DNA from: Octopus sinensis
Lineage: Eukaryota
DNA length: 64,000 nt
Direction of reading: 5' to 3'
Assembly (NCBI RefSeq): GCF_006345805.1
Contig: NC_043009.1
Span: 42,470,001 to 42,534,000 of the forward strand
Numbering within the stretch: the stretch's first letter is position 1; the number at the start of each line of letters is the position of its first letter. Positions 37,979 to 52,700 of this stretch are shown here, one piece after another. The notes beneath the pieces were generated by a model that searched no databases, was not told the DNA's origin, and saw only the letters and a program-made list of their open reading frames with translations. A program made the position numbers and the translations under genes.

Positions 37979-38190
37979 AACTATATGTGTATGTGTGTAT
38001 ACATGCATATATATGAGAGAGAGAAACAGAGAGAGGTTGACTATGTAAGCCAAACCCACGTGATTTTTTTCCTGTCTCTCTTCTTTTAATCTCCTTCCTT
38101 CTCTCCCTCGTTTCTCTGGAACATTCCTGTAAGAAGGATTCTGTCCAAAACCTAGCTTTATGCGGCAACTAAATAATATTAACTGTGAAC

Positions 38191-38610
38191 AAGGCGGCGA
38201 GCTGGCAGAAATGTTAGCACGCAGGGCGAAATGCTTAGTGGTATTTCGTCTGCCGCTACGTTCTGAGTTCAAATTCCGCCGAGGTCGACTTTGCCTTTCA
38301 TCCTTTCGGGGTTGATTAAATAAGTACCGGTTACGCACTGGGGTCGATATAATCGACTTAATCCGTTTGTCTGTCCTTGTTTGTCCCCTCTGTGTATAGC
38401 CCCTTGTGGGCAGTAAAAAATAAGAAACCTTAGCAGGCTGGGCGAAATGCTTAGAGGTATTTTGTTTGCCGCAACGTTCTGAGTTCAAATTCCGCCGAGG
38501 TCGACATTGCTTTTCATCTTTTCGACGTCGATAAATTAAATACCAGTTGCAGTCGATCTAATTGACTGGTCCCCTTCCCCAAAAATTTTGGCCCTTGTGC
38601 CTAGAGTATA
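38191..38610 (+). mobile_element. Extended-tail family-B SINE (38191-38422) fused in front of an older family-B body; composite flanked by a 12-bp direct repeat
   Basis: AATATTAACTGT at 38175-38186 and 38615-38626. The second body starts AGAAACCTTAGCAGG. Confidence 0.8.
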
Positions 38611-38779
38611 AAAAAATATTAACTGTTAACATTTCTTGTACCTCTGCTATATTTATGTACTATCTTTTGTGTGTGTGTGTGTACATCTATATGGGCAGAC
38701 ATATTTGCAACAGTTATTTGGAAAATTGATATAAGCACATCCTATTGAATGGTTTCTTAGCCAGACACGGTTAACATCC

Positions 38780-39053
38780 GTCTCATGTCACACCCTTCCT
38801 TTCATACAATAATCTCCAAGTTACCCACTCCTTTCTCACACTCAGTATCTCTCCCACCCCTCTCTCTCTATCATTCCCCTCTCTCTTCTGTCTCTGTCTG
38901 TCTCTCTGTCTCTCTGTCTCTCTCTCTCTCTCTGTTGTCTTATTTCACCTTCACCTTGCCCACTCTCTCTGTATCCCTGTCTTGTTCTCCGTCTCTTGTC
39001 TTTTTCCGTGTCTTTCTCCTCTCTCCCCATCACCCCCTTCTCTCTCTATCCAT

Positions 39054-39092
<39 letters not shown>

Positions 39093-39136
39093 CCTACTTA
39101 CCTACCTACCTATCTCTCTCTCTTTCTCTCTCTCTA

Positions 39137-39177
<41 letters not shown>

Positions 39178-40900
39178 TTTATAATTGCTGTTTAATTTAT
39201 TTCTCTCTCTTTCTTTCTCTCTCTTCCTCTTCCTTTCCCTCCCCCTCTCTCTATCTCATTTTCACCTTTATTCTGAGTTCCAACTGTCGCTTTCTCTCTC
39301 TCCCTCTTAGCCCTCTTGCTCTCTTTGCCCTTTCTTTCTCTGGCTCTCTTTCTCTCTCTTTCTGCCTCTCCCATCTCCCATTCCTCTCTCCTTCATCACT
39401 CTCCCTTACTTTCACTTACCTCCCACTCTTCCTCCCTGATCCTCGTCCATTCTCTTTCACAAGTTAACACACCAATTAAGGAATGTGCTTCTCGATGTCA
39501 TTGCTCAACCCTAAGGCAGTACTGCTCCAACAGACCTATGAGCAAAGGCTTCCCAACCGTGACCCTTCCATCTATGTCTACTGATCCAACAGATTTATGA
39601 TCAAAGCACTTCCAGCCGTGACCCCTTTCATCAATATATGTCAGGAACTCAGAACTACATTATGAAACACCACTTCTTTCAGATAATAGCCTGTGATTTG
39701 AGGAAAATTAGCTGATATTTCTAGCAGGGTGAACAATCTCATACATTCTCCTCCGATGGTTCTGCACCTATATGTAGTCACTTGACCTACTAGAAAGCAC
39801 AGCTAAATCTCTTTCAATCCTTACCCTATCCTGTTAAAAAATCAGACACATTGGATAACATAGACCAGGCTGACAAACAAACAGGATGGCCATGGCAGGA
39901 ATCATAGGTCTGCTTGAATAGAGATGACCTGGGGTTAAACAGTCATAGTAACAACCAGCTCTTCAGCTCACACTCATCTCTGACTTCTTCTTTTGCATTT
40001 TGAAAATTTCTCCACACTCTCCGCATTTTCTGTCCACATCACACTTATCTCAATGTCCTATATCCCAGCCCATAGCCTACGCCCATCCCTATACTCTCCT
40101 TCTATCTCTTACATTTCATCCTCTTCCCTCATATCCCTATCAACCACATCCTTGCCAGCTTTCCCCCATTCAGTCTCATCTCTTCTATCTCACCCTTCTC
40201 TCTTTGTCTCTCTCTCATTCGACCTCTCATCTTCCCCCACCACCATATACACATACACTACCACCACCACCACCACTACCACTACCACAACCATCATCCC
40301 TTTCACCATCGCCGCCACCACCATCACTACCACCACCACCACTATCACCATTATCATCACGACCACTACCACTACCACCACCTCAGCCAAACATCTCCAC
40401 CTCTCTGACTCTCTTCCTTAGCCTAACCCCACCCCACCCCACCTCCTGCCGTCCCCCTCCCCGTCTCTTACTTACCCCATCCCTCACACTTCTCATCTCT
40501 CCTTGCTTTCGCTTGTCTTCACCTCCCCAATTCCATTCTCACCTTCTCCTCCACCTCCTCTAACTATTCTTATGCTGTCCCCACCCCCACCACAACTACC
40601 ACCACCACCACCACCACCAAAACCATCACCTCCACTATCACCACCACCACCACCACCACCACCACCAAAACCATCACCTCCACTATCACCACCACCACCA
40701 CCACTGCCGTCTTCTCACTCCAACCCCACACACTTCCTCACACTATCACTAACACACCATCCACCCTCGCCCACCTCCCATCATCATTGATACTTCTCTC
40801 ACATCCTCTTCTTACATTTCATGCACTCCTCATCCTCCCCCTCACTCCTTCTTCACACATCCCCTTTTCTTTTTTTCTATCTCATACCATCACCCTAACC
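38780..40900. repeat. Pyrimidine-rich low-complexity region with (CT)n, (TATC)n and (CAC)n tracts
   Basis: Direct inspection; an interspersed-repeat remnant lies at about 39480-39960. Confidence 0.85.
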
Positions 40901-41059
40901 TCCTCCCACTCCCTCATTGCCAGTTGTTTTATGTTTTTAACGTCCTGTTGTGCAATATAATTCCTTCAAATCTCTACAAGAGTTTCTCTGCAACGGCCCG
41001 CCGCCAGACTAAATGATCCTTCAAAGATGGTGGTGGGGTTTTAGGCACATAACTAAAAG

Positions 41060-41525
41060 CAATGATGCTGGTGGTGGTGATGATGATGATGATGATGATG
41101 ATGGTGATGGTGATGATTGTGGTGATGGTGGTGATGATGGTGATAGTAGTGATGGTAATGATGATGATGGTGGTGGTGGTAGTGATGGTGATAGTAGTGA
41201 TGATAATGATGATGATGGTGGTGGTGGTGGTGGTGGTGGTGATAGTGGTGATGATAATGATGATGATGGTGGTGGTGGTGGTGGTGGTGGTGGTGATAGT
41301 AGTGATGGTAATGATGATGATGGTGGTGGTGGTGGTGGTGGTGGTGTTGGTGATAGTAGTGATGGTAATGATGATCATGATCATGATCATCGGTGGTAAT
41401 GAGGATGATAATTGATAACACTGATGGTGGTCATCTTGATGATAATAACAACAGCAGTAATGCTGCTGCTGATGGTAATGATGACGATGATGATGGTGAT
41501 GACGACGACAATGATGATGATGATA
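41060..41525. repeat. (GAT/GGT)n tract with a higher-order repeat
   Basis: GGTGATAGTAGTGATG(G/A)TAATGATGATGAT(GGT)n recurs about 5 times at 41140-41380. Confidence 0.85.
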
Positions 41526-41771
41526 TCGTAGATTAGTGCAATATTACAAATTTCTTTTCTGTTGGGGTAGCAGTGGAAGAAGTTAAAAAAAAGGTTGATA
41601 AAAATTCACCTCAACATTAAAGACTAACATTTCACCATTTCATAAGCACCAGGTGGATAACGATCAAGAGTTATTTTGGCAGGATTTGATCCCTAAAAAA
41701 ATGGAAGTTGATCAGAAATTATGACACTTTTTCATTTCTGTCATACTATACACTATCATTTTTAGTATTGT

Positions 41772-42095
41772 GAAAATTCTACATTTTATAAGTTCTCTGA
41801 ACTTTGTTTTATTTTCCAAAGACCCATGGAAATTCCATGTCTTACAAATTCTCTTATTTCAGATTTGTTCTTATGAATCTATAGAAAACCCCAAGTTGTG
41901 CAAATTATATTTCTATTATTTCCACTGATTCACAGAAATCCCATATTTTGTAAGTTCTCTACTTTCTGTTTTGTTTTCATTGAGACAAGGAAATTCCACA
42001 TTTTATGAATTCTCTTGTTTCAGTTTTGGTACTGTGGATCTTTGGAAATTCCCCAGTTTCTGAACGGTCTTATTTCCATTTTGATGCATGTATTC
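41772..42095. repeat. Degenerate ~55-bp minisatellite, 6 units
   Basis: GAAA(A)TTCCAC.TTTT.T.AATTCTCT.. unit starts at 41772, 41829, 41884, 41935, 41990 and 42045. Confidence 0.7.
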
Positions 42096-42264
42096 ATGGC
42101 ATTGTTTTCATTATGTCAAACAGTCTGGATTTGGTTTAATCATTAAGGTTGTATAAAGTATAACTCTGAATAATTGTTTCCTTATGGTAAAGATTTTATT
42201 TTATCGTCAATTGTGTTCCATACTTTTAAGCTTGTTTTATTTGCTACACTCAAACACATACATG

Positions 42265-42332
<68 letters not shown>

Positions 42333-42454
42333 TACAAAACTAGCACTTCAACGGTTTCAATGATGAAAGTTTGGTTCCAGTTGATCCAATCAACAGAACA
42401 ACCTGCTCATGAAATTAACATGCAAGTGGCTGAGCACTCCACAGACACATGAAC

Positions 42455-43995
42455 CTTTATTTCAAATTTTGGCACAAGGCCAGCAATTTCAGGGAAGGGG
42501 GTAAAGTTGATTACATCGACTCCAGTACTCACTCAACTGGTATTTATTTTATTGACATTGGAAGGATGAAAGGCAAAGCTGACTTCGTTAGAACTGCTGC
42601 TGTTAATATTGCTATCAGTATTAAGATTCCCAATAATGGCCTTGCTGTTCTGTAGCATAATTTTTTTAGTGGAGGGCAGCTCTTAAGATTAGCCATGTCA
42701 ATGCTTACATTTCTATTACTGTTATTTTTTTTTTTCACATTAAAAAGGCATATGACATGGATAATGTATTGAAGGGTTTCCGGGTAAGTCAATTACATTG
42801 ACCTTAATATTCAACTGATACTTACAATAAAAGGCAAAGACGACCTTGGCAGAACTTGAACTCAGAATATAAAATCAACTGAAATGTCACAATGTATTGT
42901 GCCCAGTGTGCTAATGATTCTGACAGCTCTTTGCCTTACTGCTGCTTTTAATACTGATTTCAATATTGTTACAAAATTGTGGAGGCACATGGCTTGATGG
43001 TTAGGGTGTTGGACTCATGGTCGTAAGATTGTGGTTTCGATTCCTGAACTGGGTGACGCATTGTGTCCTTGAGCAAAACACTTCATTTCATGTTGCTCCA
43101 CACCACTCAGATGGCAAAAATGAGCAATCCTGCAGCAGACCGGTGTCCTGTCCAGATTGGTAATATATATTCGCCATGGAAACCAGCCTTATGAGTCTGT
43201 ATGACTCGGGAAGGAACTTTACTTTTTAAAGGAAACAAGCTGGCAGAATTGTTTACATGCCAGGCAAAATGCTTAGTGGCATTTCGTCTGTCTTTACGTT
43301 CTGTGTTCAAATACCACCAAGATCAACTTTGCCTTTCATCCACCGAGGTCGTTGCCAGTACCCTGGACTGGCTCCTGTGCAGGTGGCACATAAAAAGCAC
43401 CATCTGGGCGTGGCCACAGCCAGAGCCGCCTGACTGGCCTGTGCAGGTGACATGTAAAAACACCCGCTATACTCTCGGAGTGGTTGGCGTTAGGAAGGGC
43501 ATCCAGCTGTAGAAACTCTGCCAGATCAGATTAGTGTCTGGTGCAGCAATCTGGTTCACCAGACCTCTGTCAAATCGTCCAACCTATCCTAGCATGGAAA
43601 GTGGACGTTAAACGACGACAACGATGACGACGATGACAATGATGATATATATATATATAAGAGGAGATGGTATTATCAGGGGTCAAGGAAATAAGTACCA
43701 GTTATGCACTAGGGTTAATCTAATTGATTTACCTCATTCCATACAATTTCTGGCCTTGTGCAAAAATTTGAAACTAATATTTAAGGCAGCAAGCTGGCTG
43801 AATTGTTAATATGGTGGTCAAAATGCTTAGCGGCATGTCATCCATCTTTACATTTTGAATTCAGATTCTACCCAGGTTGACTTTGCCTTTCATCTTTTCA
43901 GGGTCAATAAAATAAGTACCAGTTGAATACTGGGGTTGATGTAATCGACTCACCACTTCATGTAAAGTACTAGCTTCATACCAAAATTTAAAAAC
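42455..43995. mobile_element. Cluster of SINE remnants: family B (42455-42590 -, 42780-42930 -, 43235-43350 +, 43785-43995 +), CORE variant (42980-43200 +), family C (43360-43645 +)
   Basis: Diagnostic body motifs as described above. Confidence 0.7.
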
Positions 43996-44159
43996 CAATG
44001 TCATCAGTGATTGCAGATTTCTGAAAGGACAGCTTCTGGTCCATAACATTAGTGATGGTGGGAGTGTTTGTAACACAATGCAGAACAAATACTACAAAGG
44101 ACTACATTAAAAAAGCACCAGCTTTTCAGTTTGCATCCTTCACTTACTCTTTACTGTTT

Positions 44160-44580
44160 ACTCTTTTACTTGTTTCAGTCATGTGACTGTGGCCATGCTG
44201 GAGCACCGCCTTTAGTCGAGCAAATCGACCCCAGGACCTATTCTTTGTAAGCCTAATACTTATTCTATCTGTCCCTTTTGCCGAACCACTAAGTTACGGG
44301 GACTCACTAGCATTGGTTGTCAAGCAATGTTGGGGGGACACAGACACACAAACATACACACACACACATACATACATACATATATATATATATATTATAT
44401 ATATATATATATACATATATTTGACGGGCCTTTCCCAGCTTCCGTCTACCAAATCCACTCACAAGGCTTTGTTCGGCCTGAGGCTATAGTAACAGACACT
44501 TACCCAAGTTGCCATGCAGTGGGACTGAACTTGGAACCATGTGGTTAGTAAGCAAGCTACTTACCACACAGCGACTCCTA
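44160..44580 (-). mobile_element. Family-A SINE, full length
   Basis: Complete architecture. Confidence 0.88.
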
Positions 44581-45077
44581 CTCTTACTGGTACTTATTTT
44601 ATGAAGTCCAAAAGAAACTGACTTTGTCAGAATTTGAACTTGAACTCCAAAGATATATAACTAAAGTCCAGAATGCAGCTTACCAATTCTTTTACCCTTT
44701 CTCCCCAGACTCCTTGAGTCCACTCCTAATTCTTCATTTTCACATTAACGTAGATAATTTATTATTTGATTGAAACAAAACACCAAAGTAGACACTGAAA
44801 ACATTCTTCAAATCGCTCAAGTATTTTCATAATCTTTCTTATTTCACCAACCCATTATTGCTGCTGTTGTTGTTGTTACTATTATTATTATTATTATTAT
44901 TATTATTGCTTGTTTGCTTATTTAATTTAGTTTACTTTCATTATTATTTTTTTGTCAACCTGTTATCCATTTCAATTTCAGTCCAAAACACAAAAAACTG
45001 TACTGTTTTTATATACACAAAGACAGCAGGCATTCAAATGTACATATATATATATATAAAGGCACAGATATACATAT

Positions 45078-45116
<39 letters not shown>

Positions 45117-46004
45117 CACACACATATATATGTATATATATATGTATGTATACATATATATATATATATATATACATATATATATGTGTATATGTATTTA
45201 TGTATATAGGTATGTATAGATATAAGTATGTATATTTGTATGTATATATATCAATAGAATGGGATGCAATGCAATAGCGAAAGAGTGGAAGAGAGAGAGA
45301 AAACAAGAGAGAGAGAGATAGAACAAGAGAGAGAGAGCGAGAGAGAGAAGGAACTGTAAGAGCTTATGAAATATCTACTGCCTGTGGCCATTTTGTTTTG
45401 ATAAGGTTTAATAATAATGTTTCAACTGATTGACTTTATTTTAAGAAAAACAAACGTTGAGATCAATAAGTAATCCCAAATCAGCAAACAATTTAATAAA
45501 ATCTATTTATATATTTATCTATTTATTGAACTCCTTTATTGATTTAATTGTCTATTTATCTTGTCTCAATAGAAAAAAAATATCTTTGTTGTTACTTCAG
45601 CATTTCTTGCTTCAGTTAATATCTGTGTTTGTTTTCTTCTACAGAAATATAATTTACTCAAGTGGGTATGTTTCTTCATGGGAATATTCCTACTTTATTT
45701 GGACTAAAGTCCTTACAAGTGCTTGCTTTTCGTTCATCTAGGTCCTATGTTCAAATCAAACTAAAATCATTTCAGTGTTTCATTGTTAAAAAAATTGCTG
45801 ATGTTGTTCTTGCTGATGTTGTTGTTGCTGTTGATGTTGTTGTTGTTTGGCACTAAATCTGCCATGATCAGTCACAAATTGTTAATAAAAACAGCAACTG
45901 CATTTAGACAAGCAGCTAGTTTATTCTTCCTCCATAAGGAGCCTAATGGAAGAATCTATCTTAAGCAAAAAGGGGGTGAAAAAAAAACAGTTATTCAGAT
46001 AGTG

Positions 46005-46210
46005 ATAGGCACAGACGTGGCTGTGTGGTAAGAAGATTGCTTCCCAACCACATGGTTTCGGGTTCAGTCCCACTGCGTGACACATTGGGCAAGTGTCTTC
46101 TACTGTAGCTTTGGGTCAAGCAAAGTCTTGTGAGCGGATGTAGTGGATGGAAACTGAATGAAGCCCATCACATATATATATACATATTTGTATACACACA
46201 CACACATATA

Positions 46211-46243
<33 letters not shown>

Positions 46244-46366
46244 TTGTGTGTTTTTGCGTTTGTGTTTGTTCCCCCATCACTGCTTGACAAGTGGTGTTGG
46301 TGTGTTTAAAACATAATACTACAACTTATAATAATAATAATAGTAGTAGTAGTAGTAGTAGTAGTT

Positions 46367-46458
<92 letters not shown>

Positions 46459-47085
46459 TATTTCAATTTTTTGCCACAAGGGCAGCTTGGGAGAGGGGAT
46501 TAAGTCAATTACATCAACCCCAGTGTTTCACTGGTACTTAATTTATTGACCGCATAAAAGATGAAAGGCAAAGTCGACCTTGGCAGAAGCACTATCAGTG
46601 TTCTTTTATAATGGATTGGCATTATTCTTTTGTAATGGACTGCTGCTGTTTATAAACAGCATTTGCAAAGCAATGTAGGAGACTCCATTTATTGCTCAGC
46701 CTGTTAGTAACAGCCAAATGTCCCTCAAATTACATCAAGATATCTTAAACAGTCATTCTTATGCCACCCTTTTCTTTTTTCTTCTCTCATCACCTATTCT
46801 TTCTTTTATTCTTTTATTTGTTTCAGTCATTTGACTGTGGCCATGCTGGAGCACCACCTTAAAGGGTTTTTAGTCTAAGAAATTAACCCCAGGACTTATT
46901 CTTTGTAAGCCTGGTAATTATTATATATATACAACAAGCTTCTTTCAGTTTCCATCTACCAAACTTACTCACAAGGCTTTAGTTGACATTAAACTATAGA
47001 AGAATACACTTGCCTAAGGTGCCACGCAGTGTGACTGAACATGGAAACATGTGGTTGGGAAGCAAATTTCTTACCACACATCCAA
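46005..47085. mobile_element. Family-A SINEs 46005-46305 (+) and 46805-47085 (-), with a family-B remnant at 46475-46590 (-)
   Basis: Head and CORE motifs on opposite strands. Confidence 0.8.
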
Positions 47086-47218
47086 CCTTCACCTAGGCCC
47101 CATGTTAATAACTACACCTAGTCCTTTCTACCCAGAATCTTGGCCTTCTGGAAATCCCCTCTCTGTTCATATCTTATCTTAACTGCAAGAGATCACTCAC
47201 AAATATTCAACAGAAACA

Positions 47219-47453
47219 TTGACCCTTAAGCATTGAGGTTATTTTACCAAATATAATACTTCTTTATTCACATTGTTTTGAATTAATCATGCATTATCTT
47301 GTAACTTTGAGATTTCGATGATGTGACTTGTGACTGTATATTTTTAGAATGACATAGTAGGGTAGGTGTGAAAGGCTAGATCTGGCCAGTTTGAACATGA
47401 AACAGGTTGAATATTTTGACCGGATATGGCAGGTTTAAATGCTAGAATGTTAA
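47219..47453. mobile_element. Degenerate piggyBac-type MITE
   Basis: TTGA|CCCTTAAGCATT ... AATGCTAGAATG|TTAA: decayed TTAA-flanked short TIRs. Confidence 0.45.
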
Positions 47454-49369
47454 TTGCTTCAATCTCATGCTTGATAAAGGCTTATAAAGGTCAAGGGCAC
47501 TGAACATCCTCCTTGCCCAGAAACAGAAATGACACGTTAGATACGTAGTCAAACATAGCCTTAAAAGATAGGTTGGTCCTGGTTGGAATGCCTTTGTTCA
47601 TAGCTTTGCTCGATTAGGGTTGCCTTGAGGTTAAACAACAACAACAAAGCCAAAAACATGAAATTTAACAATTTAAAGAATACAAATTATAAAAATGGCT
47701 CCTTCCGAAATCTATTTAATTGTAGAAGATGTTAGGAATCGGTAGATTCCAATCTCATTTAAGTACACAAAACTAGGAATAAAACTTTGTTAACACATCC
47801 TTATCTTGATGCAATCAGTTGTCGGTGTCTGAGAATGACGATTGCATTTTAGCAGAATTCTCACAGACCGACAAGGGATCTATGGAGTGCAATAGCTTGT
47901 TAAATAAGAAAACATTTTGATAACAACAACGCGATTAACAACAAAAAAACAAAAAATGCTTATTATTATCAATTGAATTGAGAAAACAATAACAACATCA
48001 ACAACATCTATAAATGATGCATATAATGCATTTTTCTTTAAAAAAAAAAAGGAAAAACAAGTGAAGGGAAGATAGCAAAAAAAAATATATAAAATATATA
48101 ATTAAAATAATCTGAGGGAAAAAAATAAGTGTTAAGGAGTGAAATTAAAAATATTATCTTAATTTCTGTACTGTAGCTTAGCAACAAATAAAAGATGATG
48201 GCAATAATATTTAATGCTTTAGCTTAGCTCTTCGACTTTTCTATCTATCTATGCAATTTCAGTTTTTTTTTTCTTTTATTTTTTAAATTATTTTTTCCAT
48301 GGTGCTGTGGAAATGGAAATGATGCTATTTTTCTTTTTAAACTGGAAACATTTGAAAAACATTTATTTAGTTTTTTTTGGGATATTTCTTTTAGCTGTTA
48401 TTCATTTATTTTGATTAATTTACATTTTGTATGCTCATATATATAATATATATATATATATATACACATACATACATACATAAATACATGTGTGTGTGTT
48501 TGTGCTTGTATGTGGTGTGGGGTGGGGTGGAGTGGGGTGACGCTTGGGGTTGGGGAGGGTTGGAGTTACTCAGAGATAAATTTAACTTAAACCTGTGAAT
48601 AAATACACGTGCAACATAAATTGACAGAAGTATTAATGTCTATATATATACACACACACAAGCACATGGTCTGTAAGTTTCACTTTCCCTTTTACTAACA
48701 ATATTCGGATAACAAAAACTTGATGAATAAGCTGACAGGGGATGATGAAGATGATGATGACGACGACGATGATGAACATGATGATAATGATTATAATAAT
48801 AATAATAACAACAATAATTATTTCTTGGCATAATGACACAGTTGTGTCACTTGTTTTAATCTATCTGTGCAGTAATAAAACAGGAGAGGTCTATAGAATG
48901 ATACCGTCAGAATACTTCAGTTATGGTCTTGTTTAAACACACTAACAAAATGTGTTTTTATGTACAGAATAGTTTACACTGTATAGGAAGTTATTTTATG
49001 CGACAGAATGGCCAGGAATACATCATTTCTGATATCAGTTACAAGTAGAAAGCAATGACAGGCAACGTGATTCTTTTTGTGCTTTGTAATGAACTAATGA
49101 TGATTTAAATTCTTCATCTAAAGAGAAGTCAAACAAAGGCTAAAGCAACACCGATTCCTTCCTTTTCAACGACACCTTGCAATCCATCATAATATCCATT
49201 CACTTACTGATGGCACAACTTAACATTCCTCTCCATACTCCCCATTCCATTCTTGGTCCATTGATAAATTCCAAAGCTACAAAGTTGTTTTTCACCAATC
49301 ATCGTTGTTCCATTTCATGGTGGTCTTCTTAGATCCTTAGTATTCGTGCAACTCTTTCCAAAAAAATAA

Positions 49370-50670
49370 TGGTTTCAAGTTCTGGTACTGTGCCAGTAAT
49401 TTTTAAAGGGATGCAAGAAGTCAATTGCATCAACCCCAGACTGGAATGCATTTTATCGACCCCAAAAGGATAAAAAAAAGCAAAGTTGACCTTGGTAGGA
49501 TTCGAACTCAGAATGCAAAGTTGGAAGAAATGCTGCTTTTCAAAAAATAGATATTAAAAATGTATAAAAAATAATGACTAAATATTTGACAAAATGGTGT
49601 AAAAATTTTATGACAATCATATGGAACTTTTGGCCTGATTGAACTTGTTACTCTTATAGATTTTTAATGCATGGTTTTAACATTTGGTTGTCCTACCTTG
49701 GGCCAACACCACAGACTGAAAACACCCATAATTAATCATGTATAAAACATGAATCCTACCATTTTGTACTAAATTTTAACTGAATCATGGGGCCAAGATA
49801 AAAATTGGAAAGGAAAGAATTTGCACCAAAATTTGACACTGACTTATGAGTGTGACTTATCTATAAATGCAGTGTAAATAATTACTTGTGTAAATAACTA
49901 TTGTTACTTACACTAGTTAATACCAATAGTTGTTTTCTGTTGACTTCACTGGAGCACTTAGGATCTTTAACTAAGAGCCAAATTCTAAGTTTTGAAGTTT
50001 GGAAATCTAACATTTGTAATGCCCAAGAACTTGATTATTTTATACTAAAGAAATTAATTTGAAAATTATTTTACATCTGCTGCTATTAAAATTAGACAAT
50101 TGGTTAAGTGAATTGGTTGAGCATTAATTAAAATGCTTGCTTTATTTAATTGTAGATCTAACTTTATGATCTAAGTTCAAATCTTGTTGAATAGAAATTT
50201 ACCTTTCATCCTTCTAGGGTTAGCAAAATAAAGTGTTAGCCAAGTAGAGGGTACTAGGATCAGTTCAGTATTTCTATGTAGCAATCTTAGATGGAATGCA
50301 ATTATAACAGGGAAGGGTGACATAACTTTGAAATGTAGTTGTGCAACTGAGATATTTGCTTTTCTTAATCATGTAGTTTCAGGTTCAATCCCAATGCATG
50401 GCACCTTGGACAATTTGTCTTCTACTTGAGCCTCCCACAGAACAAAACCTTGTGAATAGATTTGATTGAGGGAACTGAAAGTATCCCATCATATATATTT
50501 TCTTTTATTCTTTTCTTTGTTTCAGACATTTGACTGCGGCCATGCTGGAGCACTACCTTTAGTTGAACAAATCGACCCTAGGACTTATTCTTTGTAACCC
50601 TAGTACTTATTCTATCGGACTCTTTTGCCAAGTGATGGTAGCGGGGACAAACACAGACACACAAACACAT
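49370..50670. mobile_element. Degenerate SINE remnants (B 49370-49540 -, B 50100-50260 +, A head 50340-50480 +, A tail 50505-50670 -)
   Basis: Partial family motifs. Confidence 0.65.
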
Positions 50671-50801
50671 ATATATGTGTATGTGTATGCATACATGTAT
50701 GTATATAGATATGTATATAAGCATATTTACATATAATATATACACATATATGAACAATGGACATTAAATGATGATGATGTATATGTATATATGTGTGTGT
50801 T

Positions 50802-50851
<50 letters not shown>

Positions 50852-51539
50852 ATACACACATATATAGACACACAAATCCTCATATCTCTGTATTTGCATA
50901 TCTATAAATGCATATTTAACAAAAATAATCATTTGAAATAATACTAAACACTTAATATTAAATTTTATATTTTATTTTTATTTCATTTTTTTATCTTCAT
51001 TTTTTATTTCTTCGGCACTAGATTTACAAGGAATTCCAGATATCACATCATGACTCAGCTAATTCTCTCTATCCGACTCCAACGTCTCTTAATCTCTTCG
51101 AGTTTATTCTTCAACGAAATTCTCCGAGTTTTTCCTCTGGAATGAATCCGTGAATCATATGATGCCATATTTGCTCATCACTCAATAATGGCTGTAGAAG
51201 GATTTAGATAGTTTTATAGATTAGAGTTTGGTAAAATACCTCAAGGTACCTCCTCATCATTTTTATTACACTTTCAGCCTTCCTTACAAATTTTCAAAGC
51301 TTAACTTTTATTGTTCATTCTTGTTTCTTGTCATTTTTATTTTCTTTGTTTATTCTTAATATAAATTTTATCTCCAATTTTTTTTTACAGTATTTGTTTA
51401 TTTTTATTTCAGTATTTTTTTTACACTTTTATTTATTTGTTAATTTATATATTTTTATTTTCTGTTTTGTTTTGTTTTGTCATGATTTTTGTTTGGTGAT
51501 GTTTGTTTTTTGAATTTTTGAATTAATCTGAAGGAAACT

Positions 51540-52085
51540 GAGAAAAGAGAGGGTATTTCCAGGGTTAGGATGTCTCATAAGAGAAGCAGAGAGAGGAAGG
51601 AAGAGAAAGAGTGGGGTCAGATAAGGAATAGGGAGATGTATAGTAGGAAAGCAAGTGGAAGGGGGGGGGAAGAGAGGGGTGAGAGGGAGAAAGAGAGATA
51701 AAGAGGGGAACAGTGGGTAGGGGAGGAAGAAAGAGAAGAAAAGTGAGAAAAGAGTGAGGGAGAGAAAGAGAGGAAGAGAGAAAAAGAGAGAGAGGGGAGG
51801 AGGAATGAGAAATGGAAGAGCAATGAGAGAGAGAGAGAGAGAGAGAGAAAGGAGGAATGGGAGCGAAAGAGAGAGGAGAGATGGGTGGGAGGAAGAAAGA
51901 GAGAGAAAGAGGGATAGAGATGGAGAGGGAAGGAGGGAGAAAGAGAGATGAAGTAATAAGGAGGAAGAGGGAAAGAAAGAGCAAAAGGGATGAGAAAGAG
52001 GTGTGAAAAGAAGAAAGAGAGAGAAAAGAAGAGAGAAGGAAAGGTGGGAGAAAAGACAGATGTGGAGAGAGAGAGAGGGAGAGAG
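51540..52085. repeat. Purine-rich (GA/GGA)n low-complexity tract
   Basis: Direct inspection. Confidence 0.9.
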
Positions 52086-52216
52086 ACCGTGATGCCTTCC
52101 TTTTATTTTGATTGATGCTCCTATTTCCTGCCAGTTGCTATTACTAAGAACTTGTAAAGTTTACAATTCCATATGAGTGCTAGCAAACCAGAAGGGGATA
52201 GTTAAGATCAGCCAGC

Positions 52217-52268
<52 letters not shown>

Positions 52269-52411
52269 GAATAAATTAATAAATAAATAAGAGAAATGAA
52301 ATGAAGTAAAAGGAACAAATAAATAAAGATAGGTATATCACTTCCTTTTGACAATTGGTGGAGATTGACCTAGAGAATATTGCTCATTGGAAGGAAATTC
52401 CTTCTCAATAT

Positions 52412-52442
<31 letters not shown>

Positions 52443-52462
52443 GATGATGATGATGATGATGA

Positions 52463-52667
52463 TACTCTTTACTTGTTTCAGTCATTTGACTGTGGCCATG
52501 CTGGAGCACCATCTTTAGTCAAGCAAATCGACCCCGGGACTTATCCTTTGTAAGCCTGGTACTTATTCTATCGGTCTCTTTTGCCGAACTGCTAAGTTAC
52601 GAGGACGTAAACACTCCAGCATCGGTTGTCAAGCGATGTTGGGGGACATACACAGACACACAAACAT

Positions 52668-52700
<33 letters not shown>

